Positions 37,561 through 50,961 of a stretch of 64,000 nt of DNA are shown here, piece after piece. The stretch covers positions 3,472,001-3,536,000 of the forward strand of contig OZ193910.1 of the NCBI GenBank assembly GCA_964276515.1. The letters are read 5' to 3'. The stretch is from Gordius albopunctatus. Its lineage: Eukaryota. Every line of letters starts with the position of its first letter. Position 1 is the first letter of the stretch. Made by a program: the position numbers and the translations under genes. The notes below the pieces were generated by a model. That model saw only the letters and a program-made list of their open reading frames with translations. It did not search any database and was not told where the DNA came from.

Positions 37561-38742
37561 ATTTCAGATTGGTATCCGCGATGAGAATAAAGCCAACGTC
37601 GGGAAAGGGTTAGGCGATATACAATTTGTATGCGAGTGTTACATAATCTTTCGCTTAAAGTCAAACTACGGGCGGCCAAAATTAAATCATTGCAGTTTTT
37701 TTATTTTTGACTAGTGAGAATTGCATTCCATTATATTGTGAATTAATCCTAGTTTTATATTAATATTTATGTAACCATATTTATGTAACTATATAAATTT
37801 TAAAATGAAATAACAATAGTTGTCCTATTCAGATATAATTTTTATTTAAAAAGTGTAAGAGTGGAAATTCATGCCTAATACATTAAATGTCCAAAGCATT
37901 CAACATTTTTTGAGTTACGATGTTACGAATGCACAATATTTACTAATTACAAGGTATAACTTTTAAAACAAGTTCTTGAATTTAATTTGAACAATAAGTA
38001 TATAGAATATAAATGTTAAGAAGCACATTAAAACTATTTTATCGATAAAAATTAAAAATGGGTTAAATTTATAAAAAAAAATATTCATACTAGAATTATG
38101 AGCAAGCTATATACATTTGTAAGTATTGGTTAATATTAGATAAGCAAATATGATTTCAAACCATAAATTTAGCCAATCTAATTTCTTAATATAAAAATTT
38201 TTGATAGTACACAACTACTCATCTATATTTAATTGTATTAAATTTTGTAATGCATTTAAGTAGCACATGTCTAAATTCCTATAACAAAGTCTAATTTCTT
38301 AATATAAAAATATGATAGCACACCACTACACATCTATATTTAATTGTATTGAACTTTGTAATGCATTTAAGTTACACATATCTGAATTTCCATAACAAAG
38401 TCTAATTTATGAATACCAATAGCTAGAACTTTATTAGAAGGTCAAACAAGTAAGTGCATACAAATAGCTTTTAAATATATTTAATAAATAAAGGCTTGTT
38501 ATACATTTATGCACTATGAGACTAAATTTAACAAAATAAGAACCATCTAATAAATATCATCGACTATAACTTTATAAAAAGATCAAATCAATCAATTAGC
38601 ATACAACTTGCCTTATCTTTAATTACCAAATTAATTAAATTAATATTTGCTATATATCCCGAGTCTTTAGAATTTACAGTAAGGATTATTTGTCCACAAT
38701 AAATAATCAAACTAAATGATAAAATCTAAAATTAAAAAGGAT

Positions 38743-41700
38743 TTAAATGAAATACATTATGGTGTTTCTTTTCGACTTTAGAAGCGTTTTGGACACTTTG
38801 TTAGAGCCTAAATTAAATAATGTATAGGATTAAACATTGTTTTTATGCAACAATAAGTTATAAAATGATTAGATTAATAGTTTTTTTGGAAAAAAGGTAT
38901 TAGAAAGTATCGCATAATAAATTTAACGGTTGACTAAATGTGTTTTAAGGTGATAGGACGTTTATCGTCAAAATTACGGCCGTTTTTCTTCGGAAAAGGT
39001 AAAGACCGTAGGTTAGTCTAATTTTTGTACTATATTTTGAAGAGAGTATTTTTCACAGTGTCGCTTCATAGCTTAATCGCTAAGATAGTGATATCGAATA
39101 CAATAAACCTTAAAAATATTCGAATCGAATTCAAATCTCGAATCCTTATTATATTATTCGACGAATATCAAATCATAGATTTTTCAAACAAAAATTTCGA
39201 ATCGAATACAAAAAATATTCATTTGAAAAGCCAGAGGTGTAGTTTCAATTGAAATGGCCCGTTTTTAGGAAAATATCCAATTTACCCCCATTAATTAATA
39301 AAAAAGAATGCGATTAAATGATTTTCCAATAAAATTCAGATAATACTAAATTGCTTTAACATTACATCATCACAGTATTTTTATTTTTTATGAATTTTGT
39401 AAATGATATATATTTTAAAACGCTATTTATGTTAAGCTATTTCAATATTTTTTTTATTGCGCTTTCACTTCAATCAACCAAAATTACTATAATCTGTGTC
39501 CTTTTCTTATTTCTGCACATTTCAAATTTCAGCCATAATTATAATAAATTTAAACAAACTTTTGGATTCAAAAACTTTTAATGGCTTATAAGCAAAATAA
39601 TTAATTGTGCCCAGTTTATATGTTTCTTCTTTATCAACTAGGAAATAATTTTCGATGGAGTTATTCTGTAAGGATTTTAATCTTTTTGAAGCAGGCAATG
39701 ATTTTTAATTTGAATCTTCATCCTCCCTATTTAATTAAAATGTTCATAAACATATAATTCAACAAAAAACTAAAATGTCAAAAATGCACATAAAAAATAA
39801 AACGAGCATTTAATTATTCTACTGAGCAAAAGTACTGAGCAAAATAATTTGTTTTCAAATGTAAATTCCAAATAAAATAAATAATCATTAAATTTTATTT
39901 TAACATCAGTAGCTAACCCTTTAAATTTCACATATCTTCTTACATGATATATATATATTAAACTTTTGTAAATTAAAATTTAAAACCGTTTGATTTTTTA
40001 TATTAAGTTATAAGCAATCAAACTAATTTTATATTAATGGCTAAGTTGGAAAACTCAACATTTATTTTTAAATTATGGACAAAATATTATCAAATATTAA
40101 GTTATAAGGAATCAAATTAATTTAATATATTAATGGCTAAGGTGGAAAACTAAATATTTATTTTTAAATTATAGACAAAATATTATCAAATATTATGTAA
40201 TAAGCAATCAAACTAGTTTAATATATTTTATTAAATTATGGACAATTGTTGATTATATCAAATATTATGTTACAAGTAGAGCCCTGCACCGAGTTCGGCC
40301 CGGCCCGACGGGATTTCGGGCCGGCCAAATTTTAAAACATTGATCGGGCCTCGGGCTTGGATCGGGCCTGATGGGCCAGCCCGACCCGTGGCCCGAGCCC
40401 GAAAAAAAATTTGAATAAATATTAATCCAAAATATAATTACAATACAAAATAATCCCCCTACATATAAATATTTAGAATTTTACTACCCCCCATATATTA
40501 ATTTGTTTGATTTTAAGTTTTTGATTTAGACGCATTGCGTGTTTTTAAACCCTAATACAACCAAAATAATAATATATCGGCTGTTTTGCAATCACGGGGT
40601 GATTCGGCAATTATAGAGAATATCGATATAGAAATAGTTAAAAGCCTAATAAATTTTCTGAAGCCATTTAAAACGGCTAGTGATGAATTGGAGGCTGATG
40701 CAAAGCCGACCATTAACATGGTACTCTTATGCTATTACAGACTAATCGAATGTTTGAAAAAGGCCAAAAAGGACCTTTAATTTTTAAATTCAAAATTTAA
40801 ACTTGATATTATTCATAAATTATCCGCATTATTAAATCCAAACTATCGAAATTTAATAATGGTACGAATTTGATGACATTTGTCACCATGTACGAAATTT
40901 AATAATTATGGAGGAAAAGATTTAGGCTAATCCTCCGGTTAATACAGTTACGCCTAGTATAGCCGTCGAGCATGGTAATTTTTTAATTTGCATTAAGCAC
41001 TTATTATTTTTCACGATAATATAATGGAGGAAGAATTTTTAGATTTTAGTAGTTGGGAAGAGCCCAGAATAGATAACGAAGCTGAGGAAGATGAATTACA
41101 TAAATATTTAAATACGAATTATATTGATGGTATGGAAGTTTTGGAATAGTGGAAGATGCATCAGAGTGAATTTCCTTGTTTGAGCAATTTGGCTAGATAA
41201 TATTTGGCAATACCTGCTACATCAGCTAGCAGTGAGCGAGCCTTTTCTACAGTTGGGCGAGCTTACGAAGAGAGAAAAACTTCGTTAAAACCCGAGAAAT
41301 TAGACTCCACTTTATTTATTTACCATAATTATTCATATTTTAAATCACATAATATTCGCGATACGTAATATATTTATAAATAAATTTTTGAAATAAAATT
41401 GGTACAAATTTACATTTTTACAAAAGTCGGGCCGGGCTCGGGCCTGAGTGAAAAAAACAAATCGGGCTCGGGTCGGGCTCGGGCAAAAAATAAAAAAAAG
41501 TTTCGGGCTCGAGTCGGGCTGATAAAATTCAATTTTGCAGGGCTCTAGTTACAAGCAATCAAAATCAAATACTATTTGCCTAGAAACTCAGTATTTATTG
41601 ATTAAAAAATGCAATCTAGACTAGAAAACTATTTTATTATCGTAATTAAAATATGATACATCATTTTTTAAATATATTAAAATTCTTTGAATGTGTCTCT

Positions 41701-44700
41701 TTTTCAGGAATAATAGCTTGAGAACCTAAATAAATATAATTAAATTTGAAATTAATATACCTGTGCATAATTTTAATGAATGCGAAGCTGTCTCTTTTTC
41801 ATCAATAATAGCTTGAGATCTAAATAAATATAATTAAATCTAAAATTTATATACTTGTGCATAATTTTAATGAATCCCAAGGAGAGGATTTTAAATTTTT
41901 TTTGTACATGGGCATACTCGCTGTGTACAAATTAAATTAAAATTATCAATATATTATATCACTATCTATTCTATTGTGACTGTAACCTCTCTTAAATTGC
42001 ATCTTTAAAACATTTAAATGGTCATAATAGATGTCAAATATGGTGTAATTTCTTTCACATAAAATCCCTGCTAACTTAATGCATCTATTCTTAATCTTGT
42101 TGAATTTTTGATTTTTTGAAAGAGTGTTTTTTCTTTTAGGGATAGTATTTAAAGATATTTATAATTGATTAGAAATTGAGGTTACAGTTGTGGTTTTTCT
42201 CCACCTTTGATTACACAGTTCCATATCAAATAATGGAATATTGAGGTATTCCCTCACCTTAAATATATGGGAGCAGGGTAAGAGAATGGCAGTTTGAAAC
42301 CCACAAGAACAAGTAGTTTTTGTGGTGGTCAAGAGCTGAACTTCAATTAAAAAATGATCTTCAGCAATTTTTATATTTAATTTCTCCTTTTTTTATTTGC
42401 TCCATATCCAAATTAAACGAATAATTTGTTAATAATCCCTGAATAAAAATTCTGCACTGTCTGGCAAAAATCGTTTGGATAGAATTTTATAAACAAGAAT
42501 TTCAAATTAAAATTACACAACGCTAATGTTTAAATCTAAAATTAAAGCAAAAGTTCAAAGATTAAGAATTAAAGTCGTAAAAATATATGGGAAAAATTCA
42601 GTTTAAAGCCTAAAATACCGGTCTGAAGATGTGCCTGATTAGAGCGTTTTAATTCTTCAATCATGTATTGATCGATTTTAACGTCGGCGATAAACAGATC
42701 TTTTAGTTTGTCATACGTTTCCGCTTTTATGAACTGCGATAGGACTTCTTCTATAAAGTCCATATATTCCTACAAATTCAGACACACAAACAAAAAATAG
42801 TATAGTTTAAATCACGAAACATTGGGTTTTTTTTGCATTTATTTCATAAAATTTAAATATTTTTGTAAATAAAAAATTACCGTGCATCTGGTCTGTAGCG
42901 TTTCCTCTCTCATGACGTATACACTTTCAGCTAACGCCATTTCTTTTTCATAATAATTTCTAGTAAAGTGGAAAGAAATTCATATTTACCCGATGATTTT
43001 AGATTTGAGAATCTTCAAACCGTAGTATGAATGTTAATATACAAAGATGCAAAAATACTAGGTGTAATTCAAAGGAAACGCGTCGGGGTGGATGTGACCT
43101 TAAACCTATTTAAAATCATTTGAAATCGAACTTACACCGTGTTAGGGTATAAAAGAAAAAAATCATTTTTTGTAAGTCTATTTTTTGCCAATTAAAGCAT
43201 CGAATTTTGACATAAACATGTCTATAAAAATTTAGTTTCAAATTAGAATCAGCCGATATATAGCAATCGGAAGTTGTTGAGGATCGTTAAAATCTAAACA
43301 AATAATAATAAATTTTCTTTGAAGATTATTTTAGTCAATTTAGCCCAAAAGTAAGAATAAAAAAGTTTTATCTCCACTTTAAACGGGATAGGTATACAAA
43401 GATTCTTTAATTTTCTGGGTCAATACAGCAATTTATTTACATTGATTTCGTAAATTTGACGGCAATATTTTAAAGATATATAATTAATTTATATTCTCGT
43501 TCAAATATTTATTATTTTTAAAGCCACCCACATAAATCAGGAAAAAGTAACGCTTTCCAACTGAGGGATAGGAGGGAGGGGAAGGCAAAGCTTGAAATAC
43601 ATTTTTCAATGCGTTTGCTTACAATACATTTTTTCGTTGTACTTACGCAATTCATTTTGTTTTTGTATCGACTCCTTCCTCTGCTCTTCCAAAACGAATT
43701 GCTTGTTAGACATCACTTTCTGCAATCCAAAAATTTCGCATTTAAATATTTAATACAAAAATGAGTTTATAAGATAGACTGGCAAACGAAGGGCTGATTA
43801 TTAAATTAAAATTATTAATCAAATGCCTCATCAAAAATGGCGTCCTCCACCCTTACTTAATAATCATCAGCTGTTTATTTCCCCCCCCCCCTCAAAACAA
43901 AAAGATATACTAAGTGTAATATAAAATTCGCAAAGGTATACTACTAACTAGTGTTGTCAAAAGGGCTGGGTTTTGTTTGGTCGACCTTTGGTCTTGGTCG
44001 ACTAAACATGAACATACCGAAGCTTCTTTTTGGTCTCTCTTTTTCTTAGTCGACCTCTAGACTTAGTCGAAACTTGAAAAGGAGACCAGAGTTTAGTCTT
44101 AGCCAAACAAAACCCAGCCATCTTTACAACATTACTACTACGAACCTGCTGTATTCGTCTATTATTTTCTTCCAAATCTACAGTTATCCCCTTAGCATTT
44201 ACGTACAACTGCGGTTCTAGATTTTCTAACAGAGTCAGCAGGTTCAAAGATTTAAAAGTTATTTTGGCAGGGGCAGCAGAAGGGGGGTAGTGTAGTGTGG
44301 GATGGCGTAAGTTCATGATTTTGGATTCTTGCAGGGCTTTCATGTTCTTGTGCCGATTGAACGTGGTTTGAGGTGTATCTTTATTCGGAAGTATGACCTG
44401 AAAAAATATTAATAACCATCTATCACACTAAATCGTCATGAATTTTTATAGTTCACATTATATATGTATAACTAGAAGAGGGTTTTTTCAAAATCTCTTT
44501 TAGGCAGCTAAAAATATTATTTAAAAATATGGTTTAAATTAATAAAAATATTTGTATAAGGTAATATTCTTCGTAAAATTGTTCAATTGAACTCGTTCTG
44601 ATGGCCAAATAAGCGTTGAATTGAAATGATAGGAATTCCATATATAATTTGCATTCAAAAATTTATGGTAGAAATCTTTTTTTTGTTATTATATATAAAA

Positions 44701-44984
44701 CGAAATCTAAATATTTATCCATTATGTTTCCATGTGAAATGTCGCATAGTTTCACAAATGGAATAGAAAAACAGTCTTAAAACTATCCAGCAATGATGAC
44801 CTTATCAAAATCAAATTAGATTTTTCAAAATTTTTCTCCTTTATATATGCTAAAATACCAGCCTATTTTTTATATCAAAAATATTAAGAAATAAAAAGAA
44901 ATTTAAGAGAATAACCTTTTTGGCCAGGGCGGAAAATTGAGTTTTGTCAAAAAGAGGTGCAGCTTTGGCTACATTTACCACCAT
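38743..44984 (-). CDS. Putative 8-exon, ~252-aa protein of unknown function; exons 44984-44916, 44397-44146, 43719-43647, 43105-43059, 43012-42990, 42959-42881, 42769-42619, 38807-38743
   Basis: All junctions are GT-AG and phases join into one open frame (MVVNVAKAAP...EYMDFIEEVLSQF...GSNKVSKTLLKSKRNTIMYFI*). No family recognised; first and last exons are least certain. Confidence 0.5.
40277..41547 (+). mobile_element. Internally deleted hAT transposon
   Basis: TIR TAGAGCCCTGCA/TGCAGGGCTCTA, 8-bp TSD GTTACAAG (40269-40276, 41548-41555), GCCCGA subterminal repeats, hAT dimerisation relic FPCLSNLAR*YLAIPATSASSERAFS. Inserted in a ~120-bp AT-rich tandem array. Confidence 0.92.
41680..42460 (-). 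pseudogene. MULE transposase/ZSWIM1-3-like relic with a SWIM zinc finger
   Basis: Minus-strand peptide TTCSCGFQTAILLPCSHIFKVREYLNIPLFDMELCNQRWRK (CxC...CxH SWIM), then LSKNQKFNKIKNRCIKLAGIL; frameshifts and stops; downstream ~94-bp duplicated mini-exon units. Confidence 0.7.
43949..44134. mobile_element. hAT-type MITE (TAGTGTTG family)
   Basis: Inverted ends with GGCTGGGTTTTGTTTGG / CCAAACAAAACCCAGCC; imperfect 8-bp flanks CTACTAAC / CTACTACG. Confidence 0.7.
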
Positions 44985-45007
44985 AGATATTTGAGATTGT
45001 TTAACAC

Positions 45008-47190
45008 TACCTACGACGGTCCCAAGTCCGTGTGGAAAAAGTGGAGGGTTGGCGTCAGGTCGGAAACCGGCTATAAAAATCAACTCCAAAATGTATGATA
45101 GTTTCAAACGAGATTTTACAAGAAAAGGCTAGGGCGTCGTCCACAAACGACGCGCACTGCATACCCCGCCCGTGCAATGTGAAAAATACACTAGGGTTAC
45201 TGCCCAACTCACAACGAAGGCGTTTAAGGAAACTAGCTGTGGAAAGAATGCGAATTACGTGCTGGAATGTGGGAACGTTGACGGGGAAGAGCATCGAGGT
45301 CGCACAGATGTTAAAAATAAGAAAGGTACACATCGCCTGCCTACAAGAGACGAGGTGTAACGGAACGAAAGCTAGGGAATTAGGAGAAGGATACAAGCTT
45401 TTCTACAGTGGGTCACCAAATCGTAGAAACGGGGTCGGCATCGTTCTAAGCGAATCGTTCAAGGACAAGGTGGTGGAAGTCAAACGTTGTTCCGACAGAC
45501 TAATGTGGGTGAAGATTGCGGATCAAGGGGGCCTCCTAACCGTTATGTGCGCGTATGCTCCCCAAATTGGGTGTTCGGAATCAGAGAAAGACATATTCTT
45601 CGAATCATTGGAAAAGGAAATACAAGAAATCCGACAGGAAGAAAGGCTAATTATTGGGGCCAATTTCAACGTTCACGTAGGAAAAGATCGCCTCGGGTAT
45701 GAACGCAATCCTGGAGGCTATGGGCATGGTCTGAAGAACAAAGAAGGGGAAAAACTTCTCCAAGTATCCCAAGCATATGACATGGCGATCGTTAACACCT
45801 ATTTTCAAAAGTGCGAAGATCCTATTGTGACCTTTAGAAGTGGGAAGCATTTTAGTCAAATCGAGTATTTGCTTATACGGCGAAAGGACTTATTGAGTAT
45901 CAAAGATTGCAAAGTAATACCGGGAGAAGAAATCGCCAGGCAACATCGTCCCCTTGTTATGGATCTTGACAGAAGAGTATTTGCCGAAAGAAGAAAGGTA
46001 TATGAACCTCGAATTCGATACGAAAGGCTAAAGGATACGTCGACGAACGAAGAATACCATCAAAAAGCCTCCTCACTCTTGGGTGCAAGGAAGTTGCAAA
46101 GGGACGTAGACGAAGATTGGGAAACGCTATCTAAGGACATTAAGGAAACAGCGATTCGTGTTCTAAGACAGACCAAAGGAGGCAAAGCTATGAATAGGGA
46201 ACTATGGTGGTGGGATAAATCGGTTAAAGATTTCATCGAAATAAAGAAAAATCTATATAGACGGTGGCATAAATTAAAAAAGTCGGAGGATTATCAAGAG
46301 TACAGGGACGCAAAGAGGGCCGCAAAAAAGGCCGTTGCAAAAGCGAAGAATGCTGCGTACACCGAGATGGCAAACAAACTGGATCATAAAGGGGGCGATA
46401 GGCTTATGTACAAATTGGCCAAGATAAGGGAGAAGAAAAGTCGAGATGTCGGAGTTCTTAAAATAGTCAAAAGCGAGAAGGGTCAAACCTTATTCAAGCC
46501 AAAGGAAGTGATGGAAAGGTGGAAAGGATATTTTAAGAAACTTATGAATATTGCAAATGACAAGGATTCCCTTCCCGAAATTGAGCCAAATATAAGTATG
46601 GTCGAACTCTTTCAGAAAGATGAGGTTAGGACACAAATGAACAAGATGCAAAAAGGAAAAGCAAATGGCCCAGATGGAATACCTATGGAAGCATTGCTCG
46701 AATGTCGTGAAGAAGGAGTCACCACCATGACGAACCTCCTTAACAAGATATTGGTAGATGAGCGAATCCCTAATCAATGGAGTGCAAGCACGATTATACC
46801 CTTATTCAAAGGAAAAGGAGACCCTCAGGACTGCGGCAATTACAGAGGTATCAAGCTAACTTGCCACTCCTTGAAGCTTTTGGAAAGGATCTTAGTAACA
46901 AGGCTGAAAAATGAGGTGGAAATATCGGCTAATCAATTCGGATTCGTGGCCGGCAAATCCACAATCGACCCAATCTTCGCCCTAAGACAAATGATGGATA
47001 AGTATGGTGAAAAGAGGAAAGACCTACATATGATTTTTATCGACTTGGAGAAAGCTTATAACACGGTCCCCCGCGATTTAATATGGTGGTGCCTGAGGAA
47101 ATAAAATATCCCTGACGCATATATACGGCTTATGAAAAATATCTATGAAGCCTCAAACTCTTGCGTTAGGACGACAGTTGGAGACTCTAT
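45008..47190 (+). mobile_element. 3'-truncated RTE LINE (5'UTR, APE, N-terminal RT)
   Basis: 669-aa ORF with TCWNVGTL, CLQETR, AYAPQ, NYRGIKL, FIDLEKAY; stops before the YADD motif. Confidence 0.92.
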
Positions 47191-48079
47191 CTTTAGAGTC
47201 CTTTACTAGTTTATCAAAAAGCAGCGTGGAAATTTTGAGCCCACAGGCACATATTTATACCATGACTATAACATTATACTCAACAACTTAATTAGAAATA
47301 AAGAAACTGTTAAGCAATGAGTAACTCTTATATAGAAGGAATACCCTAGAGCTCCCTCGTATATAGGCTTAAACTTTAGTAATGATTCTATCCCGTCTAA
47401 ATTTTGATCCTGCGAGTCAGGCTCTACTTAAATTGTTCGGACTAGTCAACCCCCACCCCCCCCACCCCCCACAGTCCTGAATACTCTTCTTTAGACATTA
47501 TCGGTATATGCCTATCTATACTATTTTCAAGGCTCTTACCCCCTTCCACACAACAAGCCACGTCGCTCGCAGGGGATTTAGGCGTCATGTAAGGTATATG
47601 CATGTGCATGTTGTTTCAATGTGAGAATTTTCGTTGCAACAACATAATCGAGATATTTAAGCTTCCCCCCTCCCGCATTAACTCCCACGACCCTGCTACT
47701 CCTATAATACCCTGGTAATTTCTTTCCTTCGGAAAAATTATTATATGTGAAGGGACTAAGTTAACTACTCACTCCCCACATATGTCTTCGTTAATACTTC
47801 ATCTCGTCAGCTCTACTTATATGAGCTTTGATTAAGACCCACTTACCCCCAAATCAAACCCAGGTCATTCAAGCCGCTAAGTACTTTAATCGTCATGTGT
47901 TTTCGGCTAGCCTCGCTCTTAAAAAAGATTTGAAACCGTTCAATTAATACTTCGTCATAATATTGGGCTAGGGCTCGTAGTCTGCATATCGACACCTCAA
48001 AATATATTAATTTAAGAAAGGTTCAACTCATCAGATCATAATTTCTGCCCCTACCGCGTCCTCACCAACTTAACAGCTA

Positions 48080-50961
48080 ATGAAGATCAAAATAGCTTAT
48101 ATAAATATCAATTCCCTTATGATCCAAGGCAAACAACAGATGATGCTAACATATGCAAGAAAGCATAAACTCGACATCCTTTGTCTACAGCAGACGTGGA
48201 TTCCTCATTCTAGGATCGACAGCAGCTCAGAGTACACCCTTTACCACGTGGGTTTTACAGATAATCCAGCAACAGGGGTTTCGACTTTCATAAATAAACG
48301 TCTTCCCGTTCTGAGTTTCGACTGGGTAAATGAAAGAATTCTTATAATCAATCTAACAATAGGGGTACGTGTGTTGTCGGTGATAAATGTTTATGCCCCT
48401 ACATCCTCCTACAAAACTAAGGTTATTAACGAATTTTTCAGTCTTCTCTTTGACAAAATCAAAGAATTAAGCCGCAAGTCGGTGCCAATTATAATTGGCG
48501 ACTTGAATTCATCCGTCGGGCGCACTGACCGTGACAACTATAATTTAATAGGCCCTAACACCCTAGGCTCCAACAACAAAAATGGTATTATTCTAAAAAA
48601 ATGGTGCAATATGGGAAATTGGCGAATTTCTTCAACTTTCTCAGATCTTCCCTATAATCGGCTGGCCACCTTCCGGAAAAAAAACAACTTGCAATCAAGC
48701 CAAATAGACCATCTGATCTGTAGGGCAAGACATCTAAAAATATTCAAAAACTTTCATGTAATCGTGGACCCCCTCACCGATGACGCCGACCATTGTGCAA
48801 TAGCCGCTGAACTAGTGCTGAAAGCAGCCACCCTACGTGTTCCTTCGAAACGCAAACCCCCCTAAATAAGGCCCCAAGGTCTGTCCCAAACCACTGAATT
48901 TAGGGACCACCTTCACCTAAAAATCCAAAATAGCAATCTCTCCGACCTGTCGATAAACGACCACAGCATAAAAATATCTGAAATATTTACAATTCCCTTG
49001 AAAGACCAGTGTCGAATTAGAACAAAGACATGGTTTTCAGAAAAAACAATTTGGCTCCTCAAGACAAAATCTAACATCTACTGTGATAGAAATGAGTTTC
49101 CTTTCAAAAACGCATGCTTATCCGCTCTCAGCAAGCGGATTAAATCCAGCATCAGACAAGATAAAATTGCGTTTATTAAAGCAAAAACCACAGAGGCCGA
49201 AGAGGCAGCACGTTCCAATAACAATCACCAGCTATTTACCATTCTAGACAGCCTTAACTATAACACATTCTCCAAACGAGCCTACAATAGCATAAGCACA
49301 GTTGGCGGCTCAAACGACTCCTTGGCCCAAACCAAACCTTGTGAAGACCATTTTCGTTCAATTTTATCGGCCCAGCCCGTATTTCCTGTAGTGGATATAT
49401 ACAGAGGATTTATCGTTAACTTCAAAGGCCCACCACCCCTCCACATCGATTTGGACCTACCCTATTTATCTGAAATTGACAGAGCTATCAAGTCACTCAA
49501 ATTCCACACAGCGGCCGATCCGTCAGGCCTAACCTCGGAAGCACTCAAAGCCGACCCCCTTATCTCTAGCTCTCTTTTGCACCACTTGTTTCGGAAAGTT
49601 TGGACGAAAGAGGTAATGCCGGACTCCTGGACAATAGGTCACTTGATCAAACTTTTCAAAAAAGGTGATCCATCCAATCCCAACAACTACCGGGGCGTGA
49701 CTATCATTAACCTTGAATCAAAATATTCATCAAGGTTATTTACAACCGAATTTACAGCGAGGTGGATGAAATAATTAAAAACAATCAAACTGGTTTTAGG
49801 AAGTGCCGTACGACGACAGAGCACATAATAACTTTAAGGAACATAATGGATATTTCACGGACAAGCGGTTCCCCCCTGGTTCTTGTGTTTTTAGACATCG
49901 CTAAAGCTTTTGATTCGCTGTGCCATCTATAAATTTGGGAAGCACTATGCCTCTTAGGCTTGCCTAAGAAAATAATTCTCATGATCTTTCTACTCTACGA
50001 AAACATGAAACTAGTTATCTCCCACCTCCACTACAAATCGGAACCCTTACCAGTAACATCTGGTGTCAGGCAAGGTTGTCCGCTGTCCCCTCTCCTCTTT
50101 ATAATTGCGATGGATCTAATAATGAAGAGATCCACACTTCCGACAGATGGTATCAAACTAAACGGCACTACTCTATCATCCCTGTTGTTCGCAGACGACA
50201 TTTGTCTAGTGGCCCCTTCTATCTCCAAAGCACAACTAATGTTAGACAGGTTCAGCATCCAAGCCAAGCAAGCAGGACTGCTTATAAACCCTGACAAATG
50301 CTCAATGATATGCATAAACGATCCTTCGAACTCTACTCTGGTAATCAACAACATCGTAATAAATGCATCTCAAAAAGTCCGATATTTGGGAGTGGAGCTT
50401 ACTCCAGATACCTACGCCGAAGCGGATGCCGAATCGAAGCTCCGCCGGACCATGGTCAAATTCTACTCTTGCTCGGTGATATGGCGCTCACGTCAACTGA
50501 CGCTCCAGACGCGTTTGAGGATTTTCAAAGTCACGATCCTACCAATCCTCCTATACGGTTGCGAATCTTGGTCGCTGAAGGCTCCTAGCTTAAAGAAACT
50601 GCAAGTCAGTCTTAATAAAATGCTACGTATCGTTTGTCGGATATTTTATCCGTTGAGAATAACCAACGAGGATCTATGGGTGCGTTGCAAAATCGCTCCA
50701 ATTAAAAATATTCTACTCGCGAGAAAATGGGGTTTTTTGGCTCATCAAGTGCGGAGGAAGGGAACCAACTACTGTCTATCTTACCTGTTCTGGTGTCCAC
50801 CTCCGCTAAAAGGTCGCAAATGCAATGGCAGCTGGCTTTACAAGGTGTTCCGCGATGTCCAAACAATGGGTCATGATTGGAATTCATTGCTGCCCATCAT
50901 GCAAGAGAGGAAACGTTGGAAAGACTTCTCAAAGAACAAATTATTGTGGCTCCCCCAGTAA
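48080..50961 (+). mobile_element. APE-RT non-LTR retrotransposon ORF (RTE-X/CR1-like; clade uncertain), disrupted
   Basis: APE motifs YININSL, LCLQQTW, VYAP, GDLN, QIDH, ADH; RT motifs NYRGVT, RQGCPLSP, FADD, LLYGCESW; stops and frameshifts. Confidence 0.9.
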
